The notes under the pieces: model-generated | Told to the model about the DNA's origin: nothing | Databases searched by the model: none | What the model saw: only the letters and a program-made list of their open reading frames with translations | In this document: positions 13,834-28,700 of the stretch, piece by piece | Layout: each line of letters begins with the position of its first letter | How positions within the stretch are numbered: the stretch's first letter is position 1 | Made by a program: the position numbers and the translations under genes | Source of the DNA: Eledone cirrhosa | Taxonomy: Eukaryota | Length of the DNA stretch: 64,000 nt | Direction: 5' to 3' | NCBI GenBank assembly: GCA_964016885.1 | Contig: OZ024740.1 | Span: forward strand, 335,730,001 to 335,794,000

Positions 13834-15112
13834 GCTTTCTTTATTAACCACAAGGGTTTACACAAAGTAGACATTAAGGACAGTACAGGACAATACAAGA
13901 CGGTGCAAATGGGTATTTCTGCGTGTAAAAAAAACAATATACAGAGGATGTAACAGAAAAAGAACAATGAAATATTCCCCAATAGGGGGGAGACTTCCGA
14001 GGGCTATTGTGAAGAAAGTCCATTAAAAAAAGCCACGGTGGCCCTGACCACCAGGGCAAGTGCCTTCTCCCAGTTTTCCACCTTCAATTTACAGGCATAT
14101 ACTCAGAGTAGGCCCATTCATTCGGGCCATTCTTGCCTCTCTCGCCCATCTTTCAACACAATGCTGAGAAGAGAGCACTTCCCTCTCTACCCCGATTTTC
14201 CTTTTCAAATGAAATTTGAAAACGTTAATCAAGGCATCACCGAAGAGGTAAGTGCTCGTCATCAGACAGATAAAAACTGCCTGCCCTTCCCGGCTAAACA
14301 AAGAGGACGGAGCAATCCTCACGATGGACTCAGCTGATAGCCGGTTCCGTTCTACAGGCGACAGCAGGTGTACGACATAAACCCACAAGTCAGCAATGCT
14401 CGTACACTGGACGAGGCGTGCAAGACGGACATGACCGGCTGACGGCACTTCCAAGCCTGTAGAATTTATCCTGAACTGGCAAAGCTCCTCGGTAGCACTG
14501 CCAGGCCAGGGATTTCTGGAAATTGCCCATGGGCCCCGGCTCGAAAGTTCTTCCGAAGAGATTGGCTAGTTGATTTTCGTCGACGCCTAGAGTTTCCCCA
14601 AGTACGTCGTCGCTCTTCCCCTCAACTAATCCTCTATAGAACGCCAAGGTAGAGTTTCCACCGATTACATTACCTGACTGGTCAAGAGCTGTGAGCGCCT
14701 GAAGACATTCCAGTCCCCAAGCGCCCCCTCTCGGTCTTCTTTGACCCAGGACTGCAGCTCCGTCAAGGAGATGAGCTGGGGAAAGACGCGTCTAGCAAAC
14801 GGCGACCACACCTGATCACCGTCGAAGAAGGGAAGGTGATGTCGTAGCCTGAGCGGGTGTCTGCGCATCATCAGCCACGGCATGCCCAGCCCTCCAAGTA
14901 GCGGGTGTTGACAGCAGATGGATCGCCTGACCATCGGAGCGCGTCCCTCCACAAAAAGCTAAAGAGCAAATACTCCAGCGCAGTCAGGCGGGGCTTAGGA
15001 CAAGGTACGACGGTCAGGCGATAGTAGATGACGGACGCGATGTACGCATTCGCCACGTCCGCTCGACCTTTCAGGGATAGCTTCCTCTCGGCCCATTTCT
15101 GGGTGAGAGAAG
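13834..15112 (-). mobile_element. 5'-truncated, diverged Tx1 family B copy
   Basis: 3' UTR and ORF2 C-terminal third (WAERKLSLKGR...); bounded by (AAT)n 13816-13833 and 15113-15132. Confidence 0.88.
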
Positions 15113-15196
15113 ATAATAATAATAATAATAATCGATTCTTTTGCAAGCAAACGGCTTCATTATGCTATACATTGCCTTTGATGACTATTGTTATTA

Positions 15197-15387
15197 GTGG
15201 ATTGGCAGTATCGGTAGAGGCGTCGGACGCCATGCTTTGACGCATAGAATTACGGCCCTTGCCATTCTGAGTTCAAATCCCACCGAGGTTAACTTTGCCT
15301 TTCATCCTTACGGGGTTGATAAAATAAAGTACCTGTAATGTACTGGTTAATTACTGGCCTTGTGCCAAAAAGTAAAAACAGTTATTA
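15197..15387 (+). mobile_element. tRNA-derived SINE, same family, opposite orientation
   Basis: TGGCAGTATCGG ... GAGTTCAAATCC ... GGCCTTGTGCCAAAAAGTAAAAACAGTTATTA; preceded by degenerate TTA repeats. Confidence 0.82.
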
Positions 15388-15542
15388 AGGAACAGACAAG
15401 ATGCTTCTTCGTCATTTCCCTTCATCAAGATTGTATACTTCTCTGATACTCGATAGTCATCAAAAGCAAAACATAGCATGGTCAGACCGTTTGCTAGCAA
15501 AAGAATCAAATATTGTCATTTTTATTCGATATAACCTATATT

Positions 15543-16032
<490 letters not shown>

Positions 16033-16682
16033 GCCACACACGATCCAGCCACTTCATAGAACTTCCGCTCTCACTATAACTATACATGAATTGAAGAATC
16101 CCCCGGGTAAAACACGTGTTCCCAAGTATGGTTTGCTAATTTGTTGTGGAAGTAAATCTCAGCCGAACTCATCCTTTGGACTGAATGATCTACCATCTTT
16201 GGATATGATGTCTCTGTTTCTTACCACTATATATATATATATACATATATGGGGGGGGGGGGGCAGTATTCATCTCCTTAGCTAGCTAGCTTGCTATTTA
16301 GTTATTTTTTATGCTTTAAGCCTATGTTACTCCGAAGAAAGAAAGTCACATTCTTCAACGTCATCTTTCTTTGTATTATATTGTCTCTATGTTTCACCTT
16401 GTTCCATTTCTCCCTTTGTTATCTACGTATTCACATCTCGTAAGTCACATGAGAATATGATACTCATCAATATCCCAGTTAACTGAAAAGCAATACTTCA
16501 TTTTCTCAAGTGAATAACAACATTTAGAGCCGTGGTAGAACATCTACTAATGCATACACATGTTTTATGTATGATATGTATATCGTGGTGGTTTGTGAAT
16601 ATCATAAGATGCTAATTTACACACAGACAAACATATTCCACCAGACAACACACACCTGTTTATATATACTCACACACTCACT

Positions 16683-16733
<51 letters not shown>

Positions 16734-16736
<3 letters not shown>

Positions 16737-16892
16737 TTTTAATATAGATGAGATTCTACAGGACTAGAACTGTTTCATTCTTTAGTGAAACAGTTCTAGT
16801 CCTGTAGAATCTCATCTATATTAAAACTTTTATACTCTGCTATGTATTGAGTACCTTACTTACTGTGGTTACCTCCGATTCAACCCGGAATA
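16734..16892. repeat. Perfect 44-bp-arm palindrome (16734-16777 / 16786-16829) plus tail homologous to 15661-15807
   Basis: Arms are exact reverse complements with an 8-nt loop; shared downstream TATACTCTGCTAT...TACTGTGGTTA..CCGATT.AACC.GGAATA. Confidence 0.9.
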
Positions 16893-16917
16893 ACGTATAT
16901 ATATATATATATATATA

Positions 16918-17960
16918 CTAGCCAAATTACCCGCGCCTTGCTGCGTTTCACACATGTTTTTTTTTGTAAGAAAATGATGATTGATTTTAGATCAGTGATA
17001 TCATTTATGGAGAAAAAATAAAGGGAAAATGTTAAAAAAGTAGAGGCATTAACTAATAATTGTTGTTGCCATAATTCTAGCCATAGATAAAATGTCTAAA
17101 TCAGCCAAATCTTCTAAACTATAATAAAGTAAGGAACGCGGGGCTGCGTACGGTTTATAATTTTTTATCCCAATAATAAAATAAGTTGGATTACTTTGAA
17201 TAAATAATGAATGAATATTACATAATTTATCTATTAAATTTCCTGGCTGTTGATTAAATATATTTTGTTTATTTAAAGATTTACTTCTTTAAAATTTCTG
17301 AAATGTCAATACTTCCGGTTGGCCATCGCTTAAATAAACATACTAATTTTTTGTCACTAATTTTCTCCTAATGCAGTTTATATACAATATCGTCTTTTTT
17401 AATGTATCTGGATTACGTTACCGATTAAATAAGACAGTGTAACGCAGTCTTCGTTCAATTTCTATGTATTATATATTATCAATTACGATTTTATTTGATG
17501 TATCATATCTACATGTATATATATCTGCGTATAATATCAATATACACACTACACATGCTAGCAGAAAACCACCCGAAAGGTGGTTTTTCTGCTAGTTTTA
17601 CTATAAAAGAAAGGTGCTTTTTTTTGTTGATTTACCTTTAATTAATAGAAAAATCCCGTGATAATATGGTTTTAATACTCAAGTTGTAGGCTTCCAAAAT
17701 CAGAGTGTCTTAATGTTATTGGAATTTGCTGAAAGTTTTTTAAAAAGGCATGATATATTGTCATTTACCAATGGTTTAAATTTCATGAAAATCTAAGGGA
17801 AAACATTATCAGCGGGGTCAAGCGGGGTTTGTGCCCCCTTTCATTAAAATGAAATATACTTATCCAGGTTACCTGGGCAACGTAGTTTCAGAATATATAT
17901 GGTTATGGGGGTCTATCTCCAAAACCATAGGAGGAGTTCGTGAACAAACATACAAACATA
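16918..17960 (-). mobile_element. Putative non-autonomous Helitron-like element
   Basis: Minus strand ends in a GC-rich imperfect hairpin ~11 nt before CTAG|T, inserted in (TA)n; the far end fades into a CAAA/TA microsatellite; 5' TC not located. Confidence 0.45.
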
Positions 17961-19160
<1,200 letters not shown>

Positions 19161-19278
19161 ATACTTATATATACACTATATATAATTATAAACAGGAAAG
19201 GTCAGTAATTCATTACCACCTTATTACCAGTAAGAAAAATAGCTCATCAGATGTTTTACAGAGCAGGAATATAAATTA

Positions 19279-19963
19279 CACAATTTTCAAACCTATGTTC
19301 AAAACATTTGATTGCTGACAATCGTTTCTTCCAAACTTTCGTTTGATACCATCGGAGCACTAGCAAAGTTTGGACATATAATTAACTTCCTATTCGACAG
19401 AACAATCATATAGATACATGGATATTAATGTTGTCATCAACAGTTTCGTATTTACAGAGTGGAATGGATGTGACATGCATTACAAGAGAATAGTATAACA
19501 ATTAAAGAGCCATTAAGGCAGAAAGTTACTCGCAAAACGAGGATATTAGCAGTACATATGCAAGCGTATAGAGAGTGCAAATGTGTTAGGCATATACAGG
19601 GCAGCTATATGCCTAGTACCATTGCGTATTTCCTACCTAGCTGCCCTGTATATACCTAACACATTTGCACTCTCTATACGCTTGCATATGTACTGCTAAT
19701 ATCCTCGTTTTGCGAGTAACTTTCTGCCTTAATGGCTCTTTAATTGTTATACTATTCTCTTGTAATGCCTGTCACATCCATTCCACTCTGTAAATACGAA
19801 ACTGTTGATGACAACATTAATATCCATATATCTATATGATTGTTCTGTCGAATAGGAAGTTAATTATATGTCCAAACTTTGCTAGTGCTCCGATGGTATC
19901 AAACGAAAGTTTGGAAGAAACGATTGTCAGCAGTAAAATGTTTTGAACATAGTTTTGATTATT

Positions 19964-19966
<3 letters not shown>
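19279..19966. repeat. Long inverted repeat, arms ~330 bp (19279-19607 / 19638-19966), 30-bp spacer
   Basis: Arms are reverse complements with only a few mismatches. Confidence 0.93.
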
Positions 19967-20041
<75 letters not shown>

Positions 20042-20044
<3 letters not shown>

Positions 20045-20143
20045 GTGTATGTGTGTGCATATGTAATCATGTTTGTGTGTGTGTTGGTGTAAAATTGTTG
20101 TTTTGAATTTATATGCATAATATGTTTGAATATTTAAGCACAC

Positions 20144-20202
<59 letters not shown>

Positions 20203-20297
20203 CGTCTATGTGTGTGCATATGTAATCATGTTTGTGTGTGTGTTGGTGTAAAATTGTTGTTCTGAATTTATATGCATAATATGTTGGAATATTTAAG

Positions 20298-20302
<5 letters not shown>
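20042..20302. repeat. ~100-bp direct duplication (20042-20145 / 20201-20302) separated by microsatellite
   Basis: TACGT.TATGTGTGTGCATATGTAATCATG...AATATTTAAGCACA occurs twice. Confidence 0.9.
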
Positions 20303-20349
<47 letters not shown>

Positions 20350-20406
20350 TATATATGTGTGTATGTATATATGTGTATATATATATTTATATGTATGTAT
20401 GTATAT

Positions 20407-20511
<105 letters not shown>

Positions 20512-20709
20512 TATACTCACAAATATACATAGATACTTATGTGTATGTATGCGAGATACTTAATTATATGTTGTTGTTATCACATACGCTTATTAATTTA
20601 TAACAAGATTCGTTGTTACAAATTAATGTAGATAAGTGATAACATGTATAATTAAATACACATGCATACACTTATATATCTATACAAATATATATATGTA
20701 TATATATGC

Positions 20710-20990
20710 AATCGGTGGGTTGTGAGTTCGATTCTCGGGCTGGCTAATGCGTTGATTCCTTTAGCAAGACGCTTTGTTTCACATTAGTCCAGTTTACTCA
20801 GCTGTAGAAATGAGTTTCAACCACACTTGTGCCAAGCTGTATTGCGCATTGTCTTTCCCTTGGACAACATCGGTGGCGTGTAGAAAAGATATGCCCGGGT
20901 GACTGCTGGTCTTCCAACAAATAACCTTAACTTAGCTCATGTCTCGGAGGGGTATTTCTTGGAGCAAATTCCATGGTTATTCGTGACCGA
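20710..20990 (+). mobile_element. Degenerate tRNA-derived SINE with a CORE-like domain
   Basis: B-box GAGTTCGATTCTC followed by CCTTTAGCAAGACGCTT...CAGTTTACTCAGCTGTAGAAATGAG, resembling the CORE-SINE consensus as I recall it. Confidence 0.55.
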
Positions 20991-21689
20991 TGGTGGTTGT
21001 TACCCTTACTCTTTGTATATATACGTATATATATATATAAAGGAAGTTCCTGAAGATGACACCGCGTTGGAGGCAAGGGAATTCCACATGGCAATGCTGA
21101 ACAAGGTGAGCTCGACCAGGAATCTCGTCTTGTTACCGGTACCAGATGTGTAAAAGAAATACCCATATGTACATGTATATATCTATATATCTATGTATAT
21201 ATAAGCGTGCGCGCGTGTGTGTGTGTTTGTGTGTGTGTATTTGTATCTGTGTGTGTTTGTGTGTATGTATGTGTGTGTGTGTCTGTGTGTCTATTTATGT
21301 ATTCGTGCGTGCTATTATATTTGTATATAGGTGAGTATGCTTATGAATGTTAAACAACATGATTAGACGTAACTGCAAGATAAGGAAAGATGATTTAGCA
21401 ATGTTCTGGAGCCATTACAAGAACAAAAGCATAAGATATATACCGCCCAACCATCACCACCATCTCTACTCTTGGATTTTAAAGACTCAAAATATTCACT
21501 ATTACATGTAACATCACTGAAATGATAAGAGTAAGCAGGGTGGAGTGGCAAACAGAACTAACAGCAGGGGCCACTCACCTGGAAGTGAGTGTAAAAATTG
21601 ACTACATTATGGCTTACCCCAACTTATGTTTCTAATTGTTCCCATCCTACTCTCCCTGAAATTGATTAAAATAAAAAATTGTTAGCCTA

Positions 21690-22300
21690 TTGCTGTTCAT
21701 GGAAACCTAAAGTTATATAGCATGACTGGAAGAGAACTGGATATTATTGTGGATTGGTGAGAGTGTTTAGCAACAATATCAAAGTGGAGTTTGGCATTTC
21801 GAAGTGTGGAATAATTGTGATGGGGAATAGGAATACAAAACATGTGACAGGAGAAATCTAACAAAGAAAGAGAATATCCGAGAAGTTGACATAGAAGATT
21901 AAGATAAATATCTGGAGATTTTAGATGTTGGTGGTATAAAGTATGAAATTATGAAAAGTAATATTAGGAGAATATATTTCCAAAGATTAAAGATGATATT
22001 TAAATCGACTCTCAATGGTATAAATGTCACCAAGGCCATAAACTAAAATGGAGGTCAAATACACTGAACGAATATTCGATTGAACGAGAGAAAAGTTTGA
22101 GAATTTAGATAGAAAAAAAAGCTATCACATTCTACAGAGCCTTATATTTACAAGCATATGTCATCAGAAAAGAGGGAGATATAGGACTGAGAAGTGTGGA
22201 AGGCTGTGGGTTCAATACATATCTTAAGAAGTATGTTGCTGGCAGTAAAGAAGCGGTCTTTATATGCTTACAAGTAAGGTAGGTATTGGGTGAAATCCTA
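21690..22300 (+). pseudogene. Highly decayed R4/Dong RT fragment
   Basis: Translates to FSNNIKVEFGISKCGIIVM and KYLEILD, matching [19 protein letters not shown] and KYLGVLE of Dong A. Confidence 0.7.
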
Positions 22301-22339
22301 AAATCTAAAAAGCAATGATATATATATAATTTGAGATAG

Positions 22340-23520
22340 TGTGTTCCATTGTTATTGTTTTTTTTGTGTTTACATGTTGGTTTGTCTGTGTATTTCCGTT
22401 TTGTTAATGGCGTGGTTGTCAGCACGTTTAGTGGTGGCGTGAGTGTGTTATTGACTGGGGGTAGAATGAATTTATCTCCCACGACTTTATGCTTAAAGCG
22501 GCCAATTTTGACATGTCTTTCCTTTTTCCTCTTGCAAGGGCTTTACATCCTGATATTTCTACGTTCTAGAGATCTGGAGGAGAGGAATTGAGACATATGT
22601 CTGCACATGTATGCATTTGTATGTTTTGTTGGGGAGGGTTAAGAAAAAGAAATGCTTGTTACTGTTAATGTTTTCAATGTTTCAAGAGATTCTCTGGCGG
22701 CTGCTATTGGGATTGTTCAGGTTATTATTGTTAACCTTGTAGTGGTGATATATTTTAAGACAGCAAGCGTTTGGGAGTTGGATGTAAGCAAACAAATACC
22801 ACCTGGGTCTTCTACCGTTTGCTTTAAGTAGGGTTCCATCTGGAATTAATACTAGGCTTGATACAGATCTCTGACCATTTTGGGGGGTTGTTTGGATGGT
22901 TTTGTTTCAACCACTTCTCAATTATCGTCTATAAATATTTCGATTTATCTCGTGTCAATGCGCGGTGAATTATTGTGAATGAGGGATTAGGTCACACGCT
23001 TCCTCATGTAAGAAAGCAGTAGAAGGTATTCATCAGAAGAGCACAAAATTGTTGAAGATTTGCGGGCATCTTGCTTGATGGTTGCTCCCAAACATTTTCC
23101 ATCTTAATGCGCCATACGGCGCTCTGGACCTTTCTGTAGTAGAATTCTGCCCAATCCCGGTTTAGATTATCAATTTTTTTGTTTTTATCATATTATATTA
23201 CTTGGACGATATGGAGCACCTTCACTTTCTTTCAGCTAGGAATACTAGCGTGTGTAATGTTTTGAGGCAGTTTCTCTGCTGTGTTTTGAAATATTTCATG
23301 GTGTTGGCATTATTATAGCTATCGTTACAACTGTTGATGTTACTTTTCACCCTCCTTTTGATCTCATTATTGATTTTGTTACATTCTTTATCTTTCTCTA
23401 TAATTTTGTTATTGTTGTTGTTTTGCTGCTGCTGGTGTTGTTGCTGCTGTTATTTTTTGGTGCTAGAAGTAATTTTCTGTTTTAGCAATAACGATAATAT
23501 CCTAACCTGAGAGGCATAAC
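22340..23520 (-). pseudogene. Highly decayed Tx1-type ORF1
   Basis: Minus-strand peptides DARKSSTILCSSDEYLLLLSYMRKRV and GRRPRWYL align with ORF1 motifs LRSEEMVLVPSYCGQK and GRRPKCYL; Asn/Gln-rich upstream part. Confidence 0.6.
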
Positions 23521-23699
23521 GCACAAAATATATTCCCATCATAACTAACTAACACAACTCACATTATACACAACAGAGACAACAGTAAATTAACACCAGT
23601 TAGATATAAACCTATAACGAAACAAAACTGAAACAGTACACTATATACACGGGTTTATACTCTACCCACAAAACAAAACATAAACCTAATCCTGTATCC

Positions 23700-25683
23700 G
23701 TTTCAGGAAACCCTGGTGATGCAGTAGAAATTCACATGAAGCTGTCTAAATAATGTCTTGCTCGCTTGCTTGGTGTGGACGGTGATTTTTTAGACACCCT
23801 TTCGGATGAAAAACACAACCCGTCAAATGTTGGAGAAACTCAGGAAAGTCAATGGTCATCCAATACAGCGTTAGCCATGGTTGACAATATGTCTGGGAGA
23901 AGGATCACTCTGATTTCAAAACCGGTACCTGCGCAACCTGATAATCGCTACTTCATAGGAGTGATAATGTTGAATCAAAATATTGAGAAGAACGGCGTTG
24001 ACAAAACCTGGACAATAAATGGTGTTTCTAATAAGAGTTACCGGCAATTTGTGCATTGATAATAGAGAGAAAAAGATTTCTTTCAACTCTCGGAGTAGAG
24101 ATTACGTGATCAAGCCAGGGCAATAAGAAAAATCCCTGTTTGACAGATGTGGAACTCAAAGCTATCAAATGACGGGTATTAGAAAATAGCAGATTAAGAA
24201 ATGATGAAGGTGTAGCTCTTTCTGATGAAAGGTAAACTACAGCAGAGGAAACTTGTGAAAAGATTTCTGGAAACCCACAGGAAAGGAGCAGTGATAATTT
24301 GACCGATGAGAGAAATATAGGTGATATAGAAGGCAATAAAATTAATGGAGACACAGTAAATGTCATATAATACACGACAAAATACCGATAAAGTTATCGG
24401 AGGACAATAGTAACATTATTTGAAACCTTAAAAGATTGATCAATGGAAAATGAACCAAGAAACAAGAAAACGTGTATTAAATTCTGAAATACATCACAGA
24501 AACAAATAATCTGATCAGATCAGCAAGTATTGTTGTAGCAGACAAGATGGGTATATATGTCAAGAAGAAAGACAATAGGAGAGACCAGAGAAAAGAGTCA
24601 TGATTAAAAAGAAGAATACAAGCTAGTATATATACCTTCTTGAAGGACATTTCTGTCTTAAACAGAAAAAAGAAATGAAGAACAATACAGAGAAATGAAT
24701 AGGCAGTATGACTTTGATAGAAAATGCCTAAATGTAATAATGGAGTAACTCAAGTAATATCTTATTGCAGAGGAAGCAAAGATATCAAAATATAATAAAA
24801 GAATATAGCTTTATCAGCAAAATAGATTCAGTGTAGACCAAAAGAGATGTTAGCAAAAATTAAATGGAGATTGTATAGATGATGTGATGATGCCAGATAG
24901 CATGAAAGTCAAAAGTTGTGGAGATACATTTAGAGTAAAGAGGAGGAGCAAAAGATGGATGCTGAATGGTTACAAAAACTGAAACAAACTGGAGGTAGAC
25001 CTACACACTTTAGTTAGGGGCGTGAAGAAAGTCATAAAAAAGATGAGCGATAGGACATATCCGGGACCAGATGAATCTCGAGGCTACAGGATCAACATAT
25101 TTAGTGAACGTATTGCATGAATAGCTTAAAAACTCAATACGTTGTTAAATGCTGACCATTGATACGAATCACATGTCAGTTCCATCATTGATACAGTGTG
25201 TATGTTTAGTGCTGACATCATGATGGAGTTTGGTTTGATAAGTGTGGAATGTTCGTTTAAACTGAGGAAAATTAAATGCATGGATGTGTTTGTGTTGCTC
25301 TCGGAGAAGATTATGAAGCAATTAGAAGAGGATTGTTATAAGTACTAATTGAGAAAGAAAGAAAACGGTGTTTAAACATAGAAATAGCATGTCAAGCTGA
25401 CTACGAGGTATTCGATAAGAATGTCAAGAGATGCAACATGTTGGCATCAAAGGTTAAGTAATTTCGGTCAGTGAAAAAGATGGCAGTAATACCAATACTA
25501 GTTGGAGCTTGGAAACAGTAATTAAAGATCTTGTGAAGTACATTTCACAAATACAAATAGGAGTTGCAAATACGGGTGGAACACTTGCTTATAGAAAACA
25601 GCACTACTTGGAAAAGTTCGAATACTGAGGAGGGAGGGAGCTTAAAAAAATATCTCCAGCGTTAGAAGCTGAACAAAGAACAC

Positions 25684-25684
<1 letters not shown>
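23700..25684 (+). mobile_element. Old, decayed R4/Dong element ending in (TAA)n 25685-25742
   Basis: Remnant peptides RLRDQARAIRK, PGPD, FSADIMMEFGL, IPILVGA and KTALLGKVRILRR are colinear with the Dong ORF. Confidence 0.75.
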
Positions 25685-25742
<58 letters not shown>

Positions 25743-25744
<2 letters not shown>

Positions 25745-28700
25745 TTTCTTTATTAACCACAAGGGTTTACATAAAGTAGACATTAAGGACAGTGCAGGAC
25801 AATACAGGACGGTACAAATGGGCATTTCTGCGTGTAAAACAAAAACAGAGGATGTAACAAAAAATAACAATGAAAAATTCCCCAATAGGGGGGAGACTTC
25901 GGAGGGACATTTGTGGAGAAATCCCAGTAAAAGCCACAATGACCCTGACCACCAAGGCAAGTGCCCTCTCCCAGTTTTCCACCTTTAATTTACAGATATA
26001 TACACAGAGTAGGCCCATTCACTCGGGCCATTCTTGCTTCTCTCACCCATCTTTCAACAAAATGCTGGGAAGAGAGCACTTCCCTCTCTACTCTGATTTT
26101 CCTTTTCAAATGAAATTTGAAAAAGTCAATCAGGGCATCACCGAATAGGTAATTGCTCGTCTTCAGCCCTTTCAAACGTGTCCACCATACTATCTCTTTC
26201 GCCATGGCCACCAGACAGATAAAAACTGCCTGCCCTTCCCGGCTAAAGGAAGAGGGCGGGGCAATCCTCACGATGGACTCAGATGATAGCCGGATCCGTC
26301 CTACACGCGACAGCAGGTGTTCGACATAAACCCACAAGTCAGCAATTTTCGGACACTGGACGAGTGCGTGCAGGACGGTTTCGTCGCCCTGCGCGCATCT
26401 CGGACATGCCCGGCTGACGGCACCTTCATGCCTGTAGAGTTTATCCCGAACTAACAAGGCTACTCGGTAGCACTGCCAGGTCATAGATTTCTGGAAGTTG
26501 TCCATATGTCAAGGCCCGAAAGTTCATCCGAAGAGATTGGCTAGTTGATTTTCGTCGACGCCTAGAGTTTCCCCAAGTACGTCGTCGCTCTTCCCCTCCA
26601 CTAATCCTCTATAGAACGCCGAGGTGGCGTTTCCACCGATCACATTGCCCGATTGGTCGAAGGCTGTGAGCGCCTGAAGACATTCCAGTCTCCAGGCGCT
26701 CCCTCTCTGTCTTCGCTTGACCCAGGACTGCAGCTCCGTCAAGGAAACGAGCTGGGGAAATACGTGTCTAGCAAACGGCGACCACACCTGATCACCGTCG
26801 AGGAAGAGGTGGATATGTCGCAGCCTGAGCGCGTGTCTGCGCATCATCAGCCACAGCATGCCCAGCCCTCCACGTAGCGGGTGTTGACAGCAGATGGACC
26901 GCCTGACCATCGGAGCGCGTCCCTTCCACAAAAAGCGAAAGAGCAAACGCTCCAGCGCAGTCGGGCGGGGCTTAGGTCAAGGTACGACGGTCAGGCGGTA
27001 GTAGATGACGGACGCGATGTACGCGTTAGCCACCTCCGCTCGACCTTTCAGGGATAGCTTCCTCTCAGCCCATTTCTTGGTGAGAGAAGCCAACCTGCTC
27101 GTCACCTCGTCCCAATTTTTGTCCGTCTGGAGGTCCGGACCGAACCAGACCCCTAGCAATTTAACCGGTCCGTCCGTCCAGCGTCCGACGACGCTGTTGG
27201 ACGGCATGGACCTGCCTCTCCAGGTGCCGAGCTGCAGGCCCACTGACTTTTCCTGGTTGATCATTGCTCCTGTCACCGCTTCGTATTCTCTTAGTGTAGT
27301 TCGCTAACCTGGTCTCTGTAGGCCTTGCGCTCTGGTAAGGATGCGTTTAGCTTCCAGTAGCCGGGTCCTCGTCTATGAAGCCTATCTAAGTCAAGCACAC
27401 AGATCAGGAATTTGTGGTCCGTGTAGCTGACTATCTTGAATTGTGGACAGCCTATGCTAGACCTATCTATTTCCCTACAAAATACTCTATCTAGATATGA
27501 CCTGGATGACCCTATGCGATTTGTCCAAGTCCACATTGGCACATTCGGGAAATCCAATCGGTACCTGTCAGACAGTTCAAAACGTCTGAGCAGGTTGGTG
27601 AGGCTCTTGCACCCTCCTCCCCTATCCGCTGATCGCACACAGTCTCAGCCTGCATCTAAGATCCCGTTCCAGTCGCCCACTAACACTAAAGAGCGGGACA
27701 TTCCTCGAAAGGTCTCCAGACGCCGGAAGAAATCAGGCCGCCCTGCTCCTGTCGGGGCATAGACGGCCACTAGCCTGAAAGCTTGCCCGTCTCCGCTGGT
27801 CACGTCCAGCACCACCAACTTACCTTCTGGGTCCATGAAAATGGCCCGTATGGCGAGATTCAAACCTCTCCGAAAAAGCACAGCAACTGCTCCCCCCCAC
27901 CCCCGATTCCGGACGGCTGGGAGATGCGTACACATCGTAGCCGCCGAGGATCGGTGCGAAGGCCCGTGCTTCGGAGATTCTGGTCTCGCTGATGGCCACT
28001 ACATCTATGTTTAGTGACCTGAGGTCGTTGAGCAGGTGGCCCTGCTTCCATGACGACCCCAAGCCACGCGCATTTATGCTGCCTATTCTGAGTGAGGTCA
28101 TGTTTAAAATGGAGTGGAAAAGATGAGAAAGACCACTTACCTTATTTCTCGTAGATGAAGGACGGTTTTTCCATCCTTTTCACTGCTTGTGGCCTCCTCA
28201 GGAAGGATATCCTTATAAATCCTCCTGGAGAGTGCTTGTCGGAAGTCTCCGATGTCTTTGGGAATTTTTTTGTTTTAGTGTCATGTACGTTTTCTGTGTG
28301 ATGCGAGTGATTTGTATTTGTGGAGGTGGTGTGAACTTTTGGGTTGTTGTGTAGTCTGTTTCTGTGATGCTGGTGTTGTGTTGGATGTAGTGTAATAATT
28401 GGTTGTTGTTCAAATTTAATGGTGTGTAGTGTGTATCGTTTTGGTTGTTTTGTTTTGTTTGTGTTTGTTGGGGGTTTGTTTGTTTCGCTTTTAGGTGACT
28501 TTTGTGGTGTTGGTGATGGTGGTGTTGGGGTTAATGATGGTGATGGTGTTGGTGTTTGGTGTGATGGGGTTGGTGATGCTGGTGTGGATGGTGGCATATC
28601 TGTTCTAACTTTTTTGTTTGATTGTTTATTTGTTTCCCTCTGTATTTTGTTTTTGGAGGGGGAAGGAAGAGAATTTTTTCTTTTTTGGCTTCTTTTTTTC

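Noticed and set aside
21040-21112. Possible isolated host exon ending in AAG|GTGAGC
   Set aside because: No polypyrimidine acceptor, no recognisable protein similarity and no partner exons
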